A stretch of DNA of 63,942 bases, the filler included, from an uncultured bacterium (lineage in GTDB: Bacteria; Hinthialibacterota; Hinthialibacteria; Hinthialibacterales; Hinthialibacteraceae): the NCBI GenBank assembly GCA_964449065.1. It is 3 parts of 3 records of this genome, joined end to end, with 100 filler letters (N's around TTAATTAATTAA, not from the genome) between each part and the next. Parts side by side here need not be neighbours in the genome. Positions count along the whole stretch, not along the records: positions 22,191 to 44,184 come from CAYVAZ010000043.1; positions 44,285 to 63,942 come from CAYVAZ010000055.1; 1 more part is not named here. One strand, 5' to 3'. The notes below the pieces were generated by a model. The model did not search any database. It was not told where the DNA came from and was given only the letters and a program-made list of their open reading frames with translations. The number at the start of each line of letters is the position of its first letter. Within the stretch, counting starts at the first letter, position 1. Position numbers and translations under genes: made by a program. This document shows, one piece after another, positions 39,501 through 49,595 of the stretch.

Positions 39501-42500
39501 AATTGAATACCAATTGCAGTAAGAGCCACGCTGCCGAAGTTCGGGTTGTTGAGAACATCAATCGGACTATCAACCGAATCATTGACGGATGCCTGAATTT
39601 CTAGAATCGATCCGCCAACAATCGCACTGCCATCACTCAATGTTGCGCCTTGGTTGGGACCTTGTTGTACAACAACATCAAGTACTCCACTGATGGTTGG
39701 TGGACGGTTGTCAACACCAACACCAGCAGGACGGATCAATTTTTTGATTTGGTTAGCAGATGGAACACTTCCGAGCGTTTGGAATCCATCGACTGGTTTA
39801 TTACCGGCATCGTCAACGATTGTGAATGTCGCATCACGCTGATTTCTTGACTCAGAAGCAGTATCACCTACTTCTCCACTGATTGTTACTTTGTAGGTCG
39901 CGCCAATAACATTGGCTTTGCCAGCAAAGTTCTGACCTACGGTCAAGAAGTTGAAGGCTGGAGATTGATCTTGGCCGATTGTAGTAGACAAGATACTTAA
40001 GCTGGATGCTGATTCACCGGCAAATTCTGATAGATCGGCAACGATATCCAATTTATCCGAATCATTGATGGTAAAGATTTCTGATGCGTTGAATTCATCA
40101 CCAGGATTTGGTCTGAAGTTGTCGTTGGCATTACCGCTGATGTTGGCATTGGTTACGTCAACAACAATGAAGACGCTGTCGTTTTGACGAACACGAGCCG
40201 GAATTGATGTAATCGCTATGTTGTTTGAAGAAAGAACCGGTGTTGTTGGGAAACCAATTCTCGGATCATTTGAATTTGGATCCACTGCATTATCTTCTGA
40301 ATTGAAGCCAGTGAGTCCTGAGGCACCAACCGGTAAATCTCTAGTGATGAGTTCCCAAGGTACATACCATGCTGCTAGAGGTTTTTGCGTATCGACTGCG
40401 AACTTAGAAGATTGTGTAAATGTTTCACCGAAGAGGTTAACCGGAGGTTCTTCATCTACACGGACTGTAATTGTTGCTTCCATATTTGCTGCCGCATTCG
40501 GTTGGACTTTGATTAAAGGTAACCCTTCTAAGTTAGACAGTATCGTGTTTGAGATACCTTGAGAGTTAATTGCACCGGCTGTTGTAACAGCGGTTGCCGT
40601 TTCTAACGTTATGTTGGCAATTAAACCATTCTTGAATTGAGTTGTTAATCCAGGGGATACAATATCAATATCATTAAAAGCAATCGCATTTTGTTGAAGA
40701 ATATTTCTGTAATCCCCTAAAATGTGTGTCCAACGGGCAAGAACGGTTCCATCCGCTGTCACCTCAGTCACGCTCGGAACAATTTCATCAACAGAATTTA
40801 GAACTTCTGGAGGATACAAACTTGAGAAGTTTGCGGTGATGAATTGCGGTGCACGACCTTCAGCAACAGAATTGACGATTGCTTCGAGTTCAACGAGATC
40901 ACCAGGAGCAATTTCAAAGGCTGCTGAGGCGGAATCCGGACCGTTGTTACCGATACCCAAGTTTGATGAACCGGTGTCTTGTGAGATTCCGTTGACAAAG
41001 AGGGTTAATTCAGTTGCGCGTGGACCGGCTGCGCTAACGGAAACAGAATCTGACAACGTTGTCGTTTCATCGTTTCCGAAGAAGTCACCCAATTTGATGG
41101 CCAAATCACGAGCACCACTTGGAGAAGCAGTGGATTTCAACTGAATCGCATGGGTTACGAAACGTACCGCACGGGCGGCCGGTGTAACAGACTCAACGAT
41201 AACTTTGGAGCCTGAGGTTACTGAACCAGCAATCGTACGTGATATATCCGCATCCAACGCGGCAGTCCAATCAACCTCTAGGGTTGGAAGGTGTAGAGCA
41301 TCTGTACCATCTACAACAACAGAACCTGCAACAATAATCCATTGGCTAGTGCTTAGGTTCTGAACCTTATTGCGCTGTGTTCTGGTTTCTTCGGTTGATA
41401 TTGATACCGCATTTACATCATCGAGTGAATTTCTACCGAAAACGGCAACTTCATTGCCGCCACCGACATCTTGTGTCCATTCCGGCTCTTCTTTGTCATA
41501 GTCCAGCCTGATTGAGTTGGTGATTGAATCATTGCCTTCAGTATCTGTGGCTTCAACAATGACTCTTGCACCATTGGCAAAGCTGAATTTTTGGTTGTTT
41601 GAATCTAATAATTGTCCGGAGTAGTCGAAATCGAGGATTAACGCATCATTGCCATTCGATTGAGGAATATCATCCTGATCGATATTGAATGAGTTGTTTC
41701 CACCATCACCAGCGGTAAAGGTTACGGTAACGATTGAATGCTTACCGTTTTGTGGTGTGACAGTAAAGGCAACTTCATCACCATCAACCGTTACATTGGT
41801 AATGTCATTGATATCGGTTGCGGATACCGTGAATCCTGCACCATCAAAGTCGATGGCTTTGAAGACGGTTTGAATCGCTTCTGACGCATCAGGGCTGTCT
41901 TGGATTTGGAAGGTTGATACCAATTGAGAACCGTTTCCGACGCGTGTGACCGTAACGATGTGGCCATCGGCGGCGAAGGTAGCCGGTATGTGTTTGGTTC
42001 CTTCAACGATTTTGAGGTCGAATGGATCGTTGCTGGTGTTTGGTCCAGCGGAATCCAGTTCTACTTCACTGGTGCTTGCTGTACCGACATTACCAACACT
42101 GTCAGAAACATTGGCTACAACATTAGCAGCTTTGACATTTGACTTGCTGATCGCAATAGTTGCCGCGTTTACTTGCGCGATACTCGGTACCTTGCCATAC
42201 CACGCGGTTAGAACTGTTGCGGTCGTCCGTTCGATTTCAGCGGCAGTAGAGCCACTTTTTACGAGAGGAAGAACTGCATTGTCAGCCGTTGAACCAGTCC
42301 GGTCGCTTAGAGTCCAGAAAGCCGGTTCAAGATTGACTGCGGTTGCTTCCGACATGAAATCAGAAACATTGATTGAAATTAAACTTTGCAGAGAAACAGC
42401 GGAGCCGAGCGCGTGTCCATCATTAAGGGCACCCGCCAGGGCTGAGCCAGCAAAGCCACGTAAGGTGTCCGCATCCGGGAAGGTCGCGTAGACAACGACC

Positions 42501-44184
42501 GCGGCAGTAGCACCTGAAGGATTGCTACTAAATAAGCTTTCGGGGGTAATGGTTGTTTTGCCGCCGTCTTTTGACCATTCGACGTCAAGTGATACTTCCG
42601 GTGCGATGTTGTCGATGACAATTGGTATGGATCGAGTTGCATTACCAATAGCGGAAAATGCTTCCGTAGAACCTACTGTCGCATTTACAATAATTTCCGC
42701 GTTGGTTGCATTGTCTAGACCACCGGCTAATTCGAATTCCCATGTTACGTCAATATCAGTTCCTACGGGTTTGTTTGTTGGGAATACAGTAGTTACACCC
42801 TGATTGGTTAAACCAGCAGGTACAGAATTGAGAATTTGTGAGAAGTCAGCACTTGCGGATATATCAGAGAAAGCAGAATCGCTGATATTCAATTCCGCAA
42901 CCAGTTTAATTCTATCTCCATTTTTATATACCATTGCTTCGCGAGGAGATAAAGAATTGTTGAGGCTATTGTCATTGTTTCTTCTTCCAACTTCAAAGAA
43001 GCTTTGGAGTGCCGGTAGCGTTGTGTTGCTAACGTATCCAACGATTTTGGACGCACTTAGAACATTACCAACAACCAAAGGACGCGCGGATTGAACAAAT
43101 ACAGATTCTGTATTTATGGTGTTAGCGTTTCCTGCTGGATCTGTAGCACTGATTATCGCTTTTACGCTTTTGGTTGGTAAATCAGATGGTACGGTTACTT
43201 GCCAAACAGCAACTGTCTGACCGAGCGTGTTTGAACGAGATGATGGAAGAACTTTCTTATCCAAATTAAAGTCAGAAAGATCAGCAGTGAATTCCATATT
43301 AGCGCCGTTGTTATCACCATCTGTACCATTACCAGTATTGGTGGTAGTTGCGGCAAAAATGAATACCTGACCAGGGCGAAGAATATCATCACCAAAGGTA
43401 TCAAACGAACTATTTGTTTGTGTACCCCCAAGGTTAAATTCAAGGATTTCTTCTTCCGCTTTATCGAATACAGGATTCTTTTGATCTACATCGATTTTTG
43501 AAGTTTCTTTATCTGTTTTTGCTAAGGAAGCACCAACCGCGGAGACTGTAATCTTACCATCTCTTTTCACATTACCTGCATTATCGATCGGTCCAATGCT
43601 CCAGGTTGCAAAAAGAACGGTACCGCTAGTAACTTCACTTACAGACTTACCTGCAGGAAGTGTTGACGTTGAGTCTTGCACAACTGAACTACCGCCACCC
43701 ACGTCAGATAGATCGGCAAATATGGGGGCTGAACTGGTGCGCAAAGCGCTGCCAGTGATCTTGGCCACCAATTCCATTGTCGCGTCATTATTGTTGAAGG
43801 TTGCGGCGCTGATGCTTTGGGCGCTGGTTTCTGATCCACTGCCTTCAATTCTAAGATCCGACTGATTGCGTTTTGGTATGCTAATCTTCAGGCTTTCAAT
43901 TGTGACTACCGGAACGGCAAAGTCAGCTGTACCAATTGGGACAACATCGAAGGTCACGTTACCGGATAGGTCACGGGCGTATAAGGTTACGGAACGTACC
44001 TGTGAAGTCGGTATTGTAGTATTGACACCGCTTTGGGAAATTGTGTAGAACCAAGTTGCTGAAACAACTGCTTCAGCATCTGCTCTACCTGTACCGCCTG
44101 CTGTACTTGTGAATGATACATTTGGTAATATTGCTTTTGCTGAAGTATTAAAATCACTGAAATCAGCAGAAACAGTATTAAATA
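36575..44184 (-). CDS. giant (>2530 aa) acidic beta-rich surface protein with tandem Ig-like repeats and a C-terminal FG-GAP-like propeller; 5'-truncated
   Basis: The frame stays open from 43957 to the contig edge (FNTVSADFSDF...ARDLSGNVTF). Recurrent ADLS/ADFS...W...D.AGN...VD...P units; rich in Thr/Ser/Ala/Gly/Asp. Confidence 0.85.
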
Positions 44185-44284
44185 NNNNNNNNNNNNNNNN
44201 NNNNNNNNNNNNNNNNNNNNNNNNNNNNTTAATTAATTAANNNNNNNNNNNNNNNNNNNNNNNNNNNNNNNNNNNNNNNNNNNN
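44185..44284. other. artificial contig-joining spacer
   Basis: 44 N + TTAATTAATTAA (44229-44240) + 44 N. Confidence 0.97.
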
Positions 44285-44360
44285 ACAACAAAAACCATTT
44301 TTTAAGCAATCGTCAATCATGGATTGCGTAACATCAGTTAATGATTTTGATAGATAAAAC

Positions 44361-45473
44361 CTATTGATTTGATTTTAATTTTGATTTCGCAAGATTTAAA
44401 TTGCTTTGTGTTTGGGAACTTGTGTTCCCTTTTTGGATGGAAGCGTTGAAGGCTTGAATTGCTTTTTCATACTGTTCTGTCATGATATAGCATACACCAA
44501 GATTATTCCAATCCTCCGCGGTGTCTGGATTGATCTCCAATGCCTTTTGGATAAACAAAATGGCTTGCGAGGGCTGCTTCAACTGGAGAGCAAGTTTCCC
44601 CGCCAAACTCTGAATTTTGGCTTGCGAGGGATCAAGTTCCAATCCCCTTTGCAGATGAGAGAGCGCATCCTTGAGTTCATGACTGGAAAGAAAATGAAAC
44701 CCGAGTGAAAACCACCTTGAAGCATCGTTGGGATTCAGCCTTACCAACTGCCGCAATTTCTTGCGTTCGTTTTCAACGCGAGTTAATTCTTGAAACTGTT
44801 CTTGATGCTTCTTTGCCTGTTCGGGCATGTTTTTTTGATGGCAGATTTGGGCAAGAAATCGGTGCAATTCTGTTGACGTATAGCCTTTTTGCAGCGATTG
44901 TTGGAATGCCGCGAATGCAGGTTCGATATCGTGTTGCAGAAAAGAGATCTTGCCCATCAAGAAATCCACATATCCATCCGGGTGGGGTGCGGGAGACATT
45001 TGTTCGATAAACTCGAAGGCCGGTTTCAGTTCGCGTTGTTCTATCAGGTTTTCAATATACAGTTTTTGTATTTGCGCGTGGTTGGAGTGATGCCGCAGGG
45101 CTTTTTTTAGCAACCGCTCGGCTTCCGGGTAGTCCTGTTTTTCATCCTGATAATAGATTGCAAGAAACAGCAGCGCCTCTGCATGACGGTCATCCAGCTG
45201 CAACGCGTTTTGCAATGCATTGTATGACTCTTCTACATCACCTGCCCCAATCCGTAGTTTGCTGATTTCCACATAATGATCCGGATTTTGGGGTTCCAGC
45301 TGGATCACTTTATTATACAACGCTAGGGCTTCTTCAAACTGAAACCGGACTTTTGCCTCATGGGCTTTTTGAATGTACTCAGCGATATTTTGTTTGTCAA
45401 TCTGGCCCAATGCAGTAATACACACCAACATGTAAGCGGCGGTCAAAATCCCTATTTGTATGAACACTCTCAT
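44361..45473 (-). CDS. exported tetratricopeptide repeat protein
   Basis: Signal peptide; repeated A...Y..A..L.P and WNNLG.CY TPR units. Confidence 0.88.
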   Translation of the reverse strand: MRVFIQIGILTAAYMLVCITALGQIDKQNIAEYIQKAHEAKVRFQFEEALALYNKVIQLEPQNPDHYVEISKLRIGAGDVEESYNALQNALQLDDRHAEALLFLAIYYQDEKQDYPEAERLLKKALRHHSNHAQIQKLYIENLIEQRELKPAFEFIEQMSPAPHPDGYVDFLMGKISFLQHDIEPAFAAFQQSLQKGYTSTELHRFLAQICHQKNMPEQAKKHQEQFQELTRVENERKKLRQLVRLNPNDASRWFSLGFHFLSSHELKDALSHLQRGLELDPSQAKIQSLAGKLALQLKQPSQAILFIQKALEINPDTAEDWNNLGVCYIMTEQYEKAIQAFNASIQKGNTSSQTQSNLNLAKSKLKSNQ

Positions 45474-45476
45474 TTC

Positions 45477-47546
45477 TTATTCCTTGGCTAATCGGTTTAA
45501 CGCGGTACGTGCTTTGGTCAAATTTGGATTGATTTGCAGCGCTTTATTGTACCACTCTGCGGCCTGCCGGTTGTTTTGCTCCACCGCATAACATTGTCCC
45601 ATTAAATAATACAAATTGGGATCGTTGGTTTGTGTTTGCAGTAACGATAACAATAGTTCACGAGCTTCCGCGGCTTGGTTTAAACGCAATTTCGCGACCG
45701 CCAAACTGTATGTGGCTTTGAAATGATCCGGGTTGATCTTCAGCAAGCGTTCTAACGTTTCTATAGACCGTTCGTATTGACCGGTAATGCCATAACAAAA
45801 ACCTAAATTGTATAAGAGATCGGGCTGCCCGTTATCAAGCTCAACGGCTTGTTCAAAATGGTGAATGGCTTGACTGAATTGCCGCAATTGAAAATAGGCT
45901 TCACCCAAATGGCTGTAGACAGTCAGTAGTGATTGCTTCATGGCAGTAATTTTGTTGTAGTCTGATGATGAAAGGGCTTGTTCATATTGATTGATTTGAA
46001 GTTCACGCAGCGGCTGCAAATAGCGCAATGCTTCTTGATACTCTCCGTTTTCCATCGTTAGCGCGGCGATATGCTCTAACACTTTTTCGTGGTTTGGATT
46101 GAGTTCATAAGCGGCACGGGCTTCTTGCAGCGCTTTCCCGGTTTGGTTTTGTTCGTGATAAAACACCGCTAAGTTGAGGTGGTCTTCCACACTCATTCCA
46201 CCCTGCGAAGTGATTTCATTTGCGTTGCTGCTGCCGGTGGAATAGCCCAACGCTTGCAGGCGCTCAATTTCTATTGGATCAAGAAATTTGGTTTCCGGCA
46301 GCTCCGGCGGAGTAAAGGTATGATCCCAATCCTCAACCTTTTGAAGCGGTTCTTGATTATAGATTTCTGGAAGCACATTCCCCGGCATTTCGTTGGAGGC
46401 TGGAATCCCCAGCAAGGCCAACAAGGTTGGGGTAATATCCATCACGGTGGCATCTTTGATGGATTGAGGTTGTATGCCGCCGCCAAAAGCGATGATTGTG
46501 CCCTGAATGTCATGCCACAGTACAGCATTGCCCTCTGTTGTCTCTGCCGTATAAACCGGGCGTTCATTGCCGGAGAGGAATCCATGATCGGATATGACGA
46601 TCAGTATGTCGTTTTCGTTGAGCCGTTCTAAAACGGACCGCACCATGGAATCCGCGTAACGGTAGGTCTGTGTTACAGCGGTTCGGTACCGTTCAAACTC
46701 TTCCTGTAAAATATGGTCTTGTTTCGGCGGATGATACGGCATAAACAAATGAGCGGCGGTATCGGTGCAGTCGATCAATGCCAGAGTTAATCTGGTCGGC
46801 TGTGTATCAAGCAAGTGCAGTAAAACTTCATGATAAGTATTCGCTCTTGCCATGATTAACCGTAAGTGTTGAATGGAATTGTTTAAATCAAACGGGGTGT
46901 TCATCAATTCTTGACATTCAGTATCTGTGAACGATATAAACTGCTGCAGGGTATCACATTTGATGAGGGAATATTCCTGCCGGAAATCGTAAAGCGAATA
47001 TGCCGTTTCTTCCGGATAGGTAACCTGAGGAAGGGTTTGCGACATGGTTCCGGCATCCGCGACATGAATGGATTGGACAAACCGGTCCGAAACAATCACG
47101 CCCTCCACTGGTTCAGAAGGCCAGGTCGCATACCAGCCGATTACGCTTGTTGAAATGCCTTTCTGCTTGGTGATGTTCCAAATGGCGGCACATTTGCGCT
47201 TGCTGGAGGGGATGGAGATTGTGGTATTGTTGTTTTGCCGGTAAGAAAAACCCAATATCCCATGATCGGATGGCATTCTTCCGGTCGCGATAGACGTCCA
47301 AATCAATGGGGAAATCATGGGGCGGTAGGATTGCAGTTCACCGTACGCGCCTTCTTCCAACAATTGTTGGAATGCGGGTAACTCGTTCTGCTGAATCAAA
47401 TCTTGCAGCAGGTCCAAATCCAAGCCGTCCAATCCCAACACAACAATTTTCGGCTCTTCAATCGCAGGTTGTTTTGAACAGCATACAAGAAGCAATACCG
47501 CAAACAAAACGGGAATAATTTGATGACGTCTTTTTATCATGTTCAA
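45477..47546 (-). CDS. alkaline phosphatase superfamily (type I phosphodiesterase/nucleotide pyrophosphatase) lipoprotein with C-terminal TPRs
   Basis: VLGLDGLD, SPLIWTSIATG..P..HGI, ISDHGF, DITPTLL; TPRs after residue ~450. Confidence 0.88.
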   Translation of the reverse strand: MNMIKRRHQIIPVLFAVLLLVCCSKQPAIEEPKIVVLGLDGLDLDLLQDLIQQNELPAFQQLLEEGAYGELQSYRPMISPLIWTSIATGRMPSDHGILGFSYRQNNNTTISIPSSKRKCAAIWNITKQKGISTSVIGWYATWPSEPVEGVIVSDRFVQSIHVADAGTMSQTLPQVTYPEETAYSLYDFRQEYSLIKCDTLQQFISFTDTECQELMNTPFDLNNSIQHLRLIMARANTYHEVLLHLLDTQPTRLTLALIDCTDTAAHLFMPYHPPKQDHILQEEFERYRTAVTQTYRYADSMVRSVLERLNENDILIVISDHGFLSGNERPVYTAETTEGNAVLWHDIQGTIIAFGGGIQPQSIKDATVMDITPTLLALLGIPASNEMPGNVLPEIYNQEPLQKVEDWDHTFTPPELPETKFLDPIEIERLQALGYSTGSSNANEITSQGGMSVEDHLNLAVFYHEQNQTGKALQEARAAYELNPNHEKVLEHIAALTMENGEYQEALRYLQPLRELQINQYEQALSSSDYNKITAMKQSLLTVYSHLGEAYFQLRQFSQAIHHFEQAVELDNGQPDLLYNLGFCYGITGQYERSIETLERLLKINPDHFKATYSLAVAKLRLNQAAEARELLLSLLQTQTNDPNLYYLMGQCYAVEQNNRQAAEWYNKALQINPNLTKARTALNRLAKE

Positions 47547-49223
47547 TTATGGAACGTGCTTTATTTTCGATGCACCGTTTTCTTGTTGTATTACCGTAAT
47601 CCGTTTATTAACCGATGAAAAGTGGATTTCTTCTTTTTTTCCATTTAACCATTGAATTTGAATCGTCTTGATATCCTCTTCTCCTAAACCAAAATGCAGC
47701 CATGCGCTGCTTTGGGAACAAAAGCTGTCTGTTGAACAAAGCACCTGCTGCAAGACTCGTTTATTTGTATGCACTTCAATGACCGAACCATAGGCGGGCA
47801 TCCCTGTTTTGGTTGCGGCCTTGATCTGCAGCCAATGACCGGTACGCGCAGTTTGGTTTTCTAACAGCGAAGGGGTGCCGTCGAGATTGTTGACGATGAG
47901 GTCTAACTTTCCATCCCGGTTGAAATCCGCTTTTGCCGCCCCTCTTGAGACGGCATGTATCTTTAAACCAGGGCCGCATGATTCCGAAACGTCTTTAAAG
48001 GTATGGTTCTGATTGTGTAGTAAAATCTGATTCGGTTGGGCGTATCCCACATGATTGGCAACCCCGTCCATTTGCGGATACACATGGCCGTTGGCATAAA
48101 AGATATCACGGAAGCCGTCGTTATTCCAATCACCAAATAACGCACCGAAGGTTACATACGGTTTGGTTTTGTCTCCTGCATTGCTGAAGGTTGTGATGTC
48201 AACAAACATTCCATCCTCGTTACGGAACAAGGTATTGATTTCGCCTTCATAGCCGGCAAGCAGGATGTCTTGGTCTTGGTCCAAATCAAAATCATTAACC
48301 GCGATGCCCATGGTTGCAAGCGCTTGGCCGTTGCCGTTGTATCCCAATCCAATCAACAGAGCCTGTTCGTTAAAATGCCCGGTTCCATCGTTAATGTACA
48401 TACTGTCGGATGTCATATCGTTGCCGGTAAATATGTCTATATCGCCATCCTTTTCAATATCCAGCATCACGACCCCCAACCCTCGACCTTCTTCCCAGGT
48501 TTGGATTCCCCGTAGGCTGGTTTCATCCGCAAACGATCCGTTTTTTTGGTTGATAAATAACACATCGTCCTGCGGGTGAAAAGTGAGTGGGCCTAAAAAG
48601 ACGTCTTGCCCTAATAAAGAAGTCATTCCACCGAACGCTTGTACGATTTCGGTTGAAATATCCGCGTAATTGCACACAAATAAATCGGGATAACCGTCTC
48701 CGTTCACATCTCCCCACGCGGCTGCTGTGCTCATTCCAGAAGAAACCACGTTTGCTTTTATAGATACATCGACAAAAGTACCATTGCCCGTATTTTGGAG
48801 GAGTTGATTATCTCCTACTTTGCAGACATATACATCCAAATCGCCGTCGTTGTCATAATCGCCAAACACGGCACTGACGGATTGTCCTGATATCCCCAAC
48901 CCCGACTCTTGGGTATAATCACGAAATGTGCCGTCTTTCTGATTGAGAAAGAATTGGTTTTGAGGAGCGGGATGTCCACTTAAATTAGAAGTTCCATTGC
49001 AAAAATAGATATCGTCCCAACCGTCTTGATTAACATCCGCCACCGAAACACCGGCTCCTTTGGCTTCATACAAAATGGTTTTTTCTAATGATCCATTTTG
49101 TTGGGTAAATGTTAATCCTCTTTCTTTGTGGACGTCCAAAAAAAATGGAAGGCCGGTATCAGATATTGAATCAGAAACCATACACAACAAAAAGAAAAAT
49201 AATAGAAGAATTGTATTGTTCAT
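47547..49223 (-). CDS. CRTAC1 / ASPIC-UnbV family FG-GAP protein
   Basis: GAGVSVADVNQDG.DDIY, DYDNDGDLD, SRGAA.ADF..DG.LD, SQSS..LHFGLG. Start placed at MNNTILL (ORF track extends to 49289). Confidence 0.9.
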   Translation of the reverse strand: MNNTILLLFFFLLCMVSDSISDTGLPFFLDVHKERGLTFTQQNGSLEKTILYEAKGAGVSVADVNQDGWDDIYFCNGTSNLSGHPAPQNQFFLNQKDGTFRDYTQESGLGISGQSVSAVFGDYDNDGDLDVYVCKVGDNQLLQNTGNGTFVDVSIKANVVSSGMSTAAAWGDVNGDGYPDLFVCNYADISTEIVQAFGGMTSLLGQDVFLGPLTFHPQDDVLFINQKNGSFADETSLRGIQTWEEGRGLGVVMLDIEKDGDIDIFTGNDMTSDSMYINDGTGHFNEQALLIGLGYNGNGQALATMGIAVNDFDLDQDQDILLAGYEGEINTLFRNEDGMFVDITTFSNAGDKTKPYVTFGALFGDWNNDGFRDIFYANGHVYPQMDGVANHVGYAQPNQILLHNQNHTFKDVSESCGPGLKIHAVSRGAAKADFNRDGKLDLIVNNLDGTPSLLENQTARTGHWLQIKAATKTGMPAYGSVIEVHTNKRVLQQVLCSTDSFCSQSSAWLHFGLGEEDIKTIQIQWLNGKKEEIHFSSVNKRITVIQQENGASKIKHVP

Positions 49224-49413
49224 AATGAAAAACAGCATAATCACATTTCGTAATCGGTCAGCCGTTTGAAGAGAGATTTTCCCACCCAAGCCTGGGATGG
49301 GTTAGAGGAGGGTTGATCATACTGTGTGAGAAAATGCCATATCCCCCTCTTAAGTATTGCACGCTAACATCATTTTGCTCTTACCACAACAATATGTCAA
49401 TTCTGAAAAGTCA

Positions 49414-49512
49414 GTCCGCGCCATCCGCCTGCTGGTCCGCGCCAAAGCTACCATGGAAGGCAAGCGCAGCCGCATCGACATCGAAGACGAAGACGAACGA
49501 AGCGGGGATTAA
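49414..49512 (+). pseudogene. khpA: orphan 3' fragment of a KH-domain RNA-binding protein gene (KhpA/UPF0109-like)
   Basis: GC-rich patch translating VRAIRLLVRAKATMEGKRSRIDIEDEDERSGD*, matching the KhpA C-terminal pattern AKAIRT.V.AAA...GKRV.VEI. The GxxG half is missing. Confidence 0.55.
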
Positions 49513-49542
49513 TCAATTCGCAGATGCATCAAAGAGAGTGAT

Positions 49543-49572
49543 AAAGCAAGCGGATTCAGTCCGCTTGTTTTT
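49543..49572. terminator. intrinsic terminator, possibly bidirectional
   Basis: AAAGCAAGCGGA-TTCAG-TCCGCTTGTTTTT. Confidence 0.7.
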
Positions 49573-49595
49573 AATTTAATGTCATTCTCTTTCAT

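Noticed and set aside
49313..49579. 88-aa ORF listed in the track
   Set aside because: No RBS or motif, and it runs through a terminator. The coding signal here is in a different frame (the khpA-like fragment).
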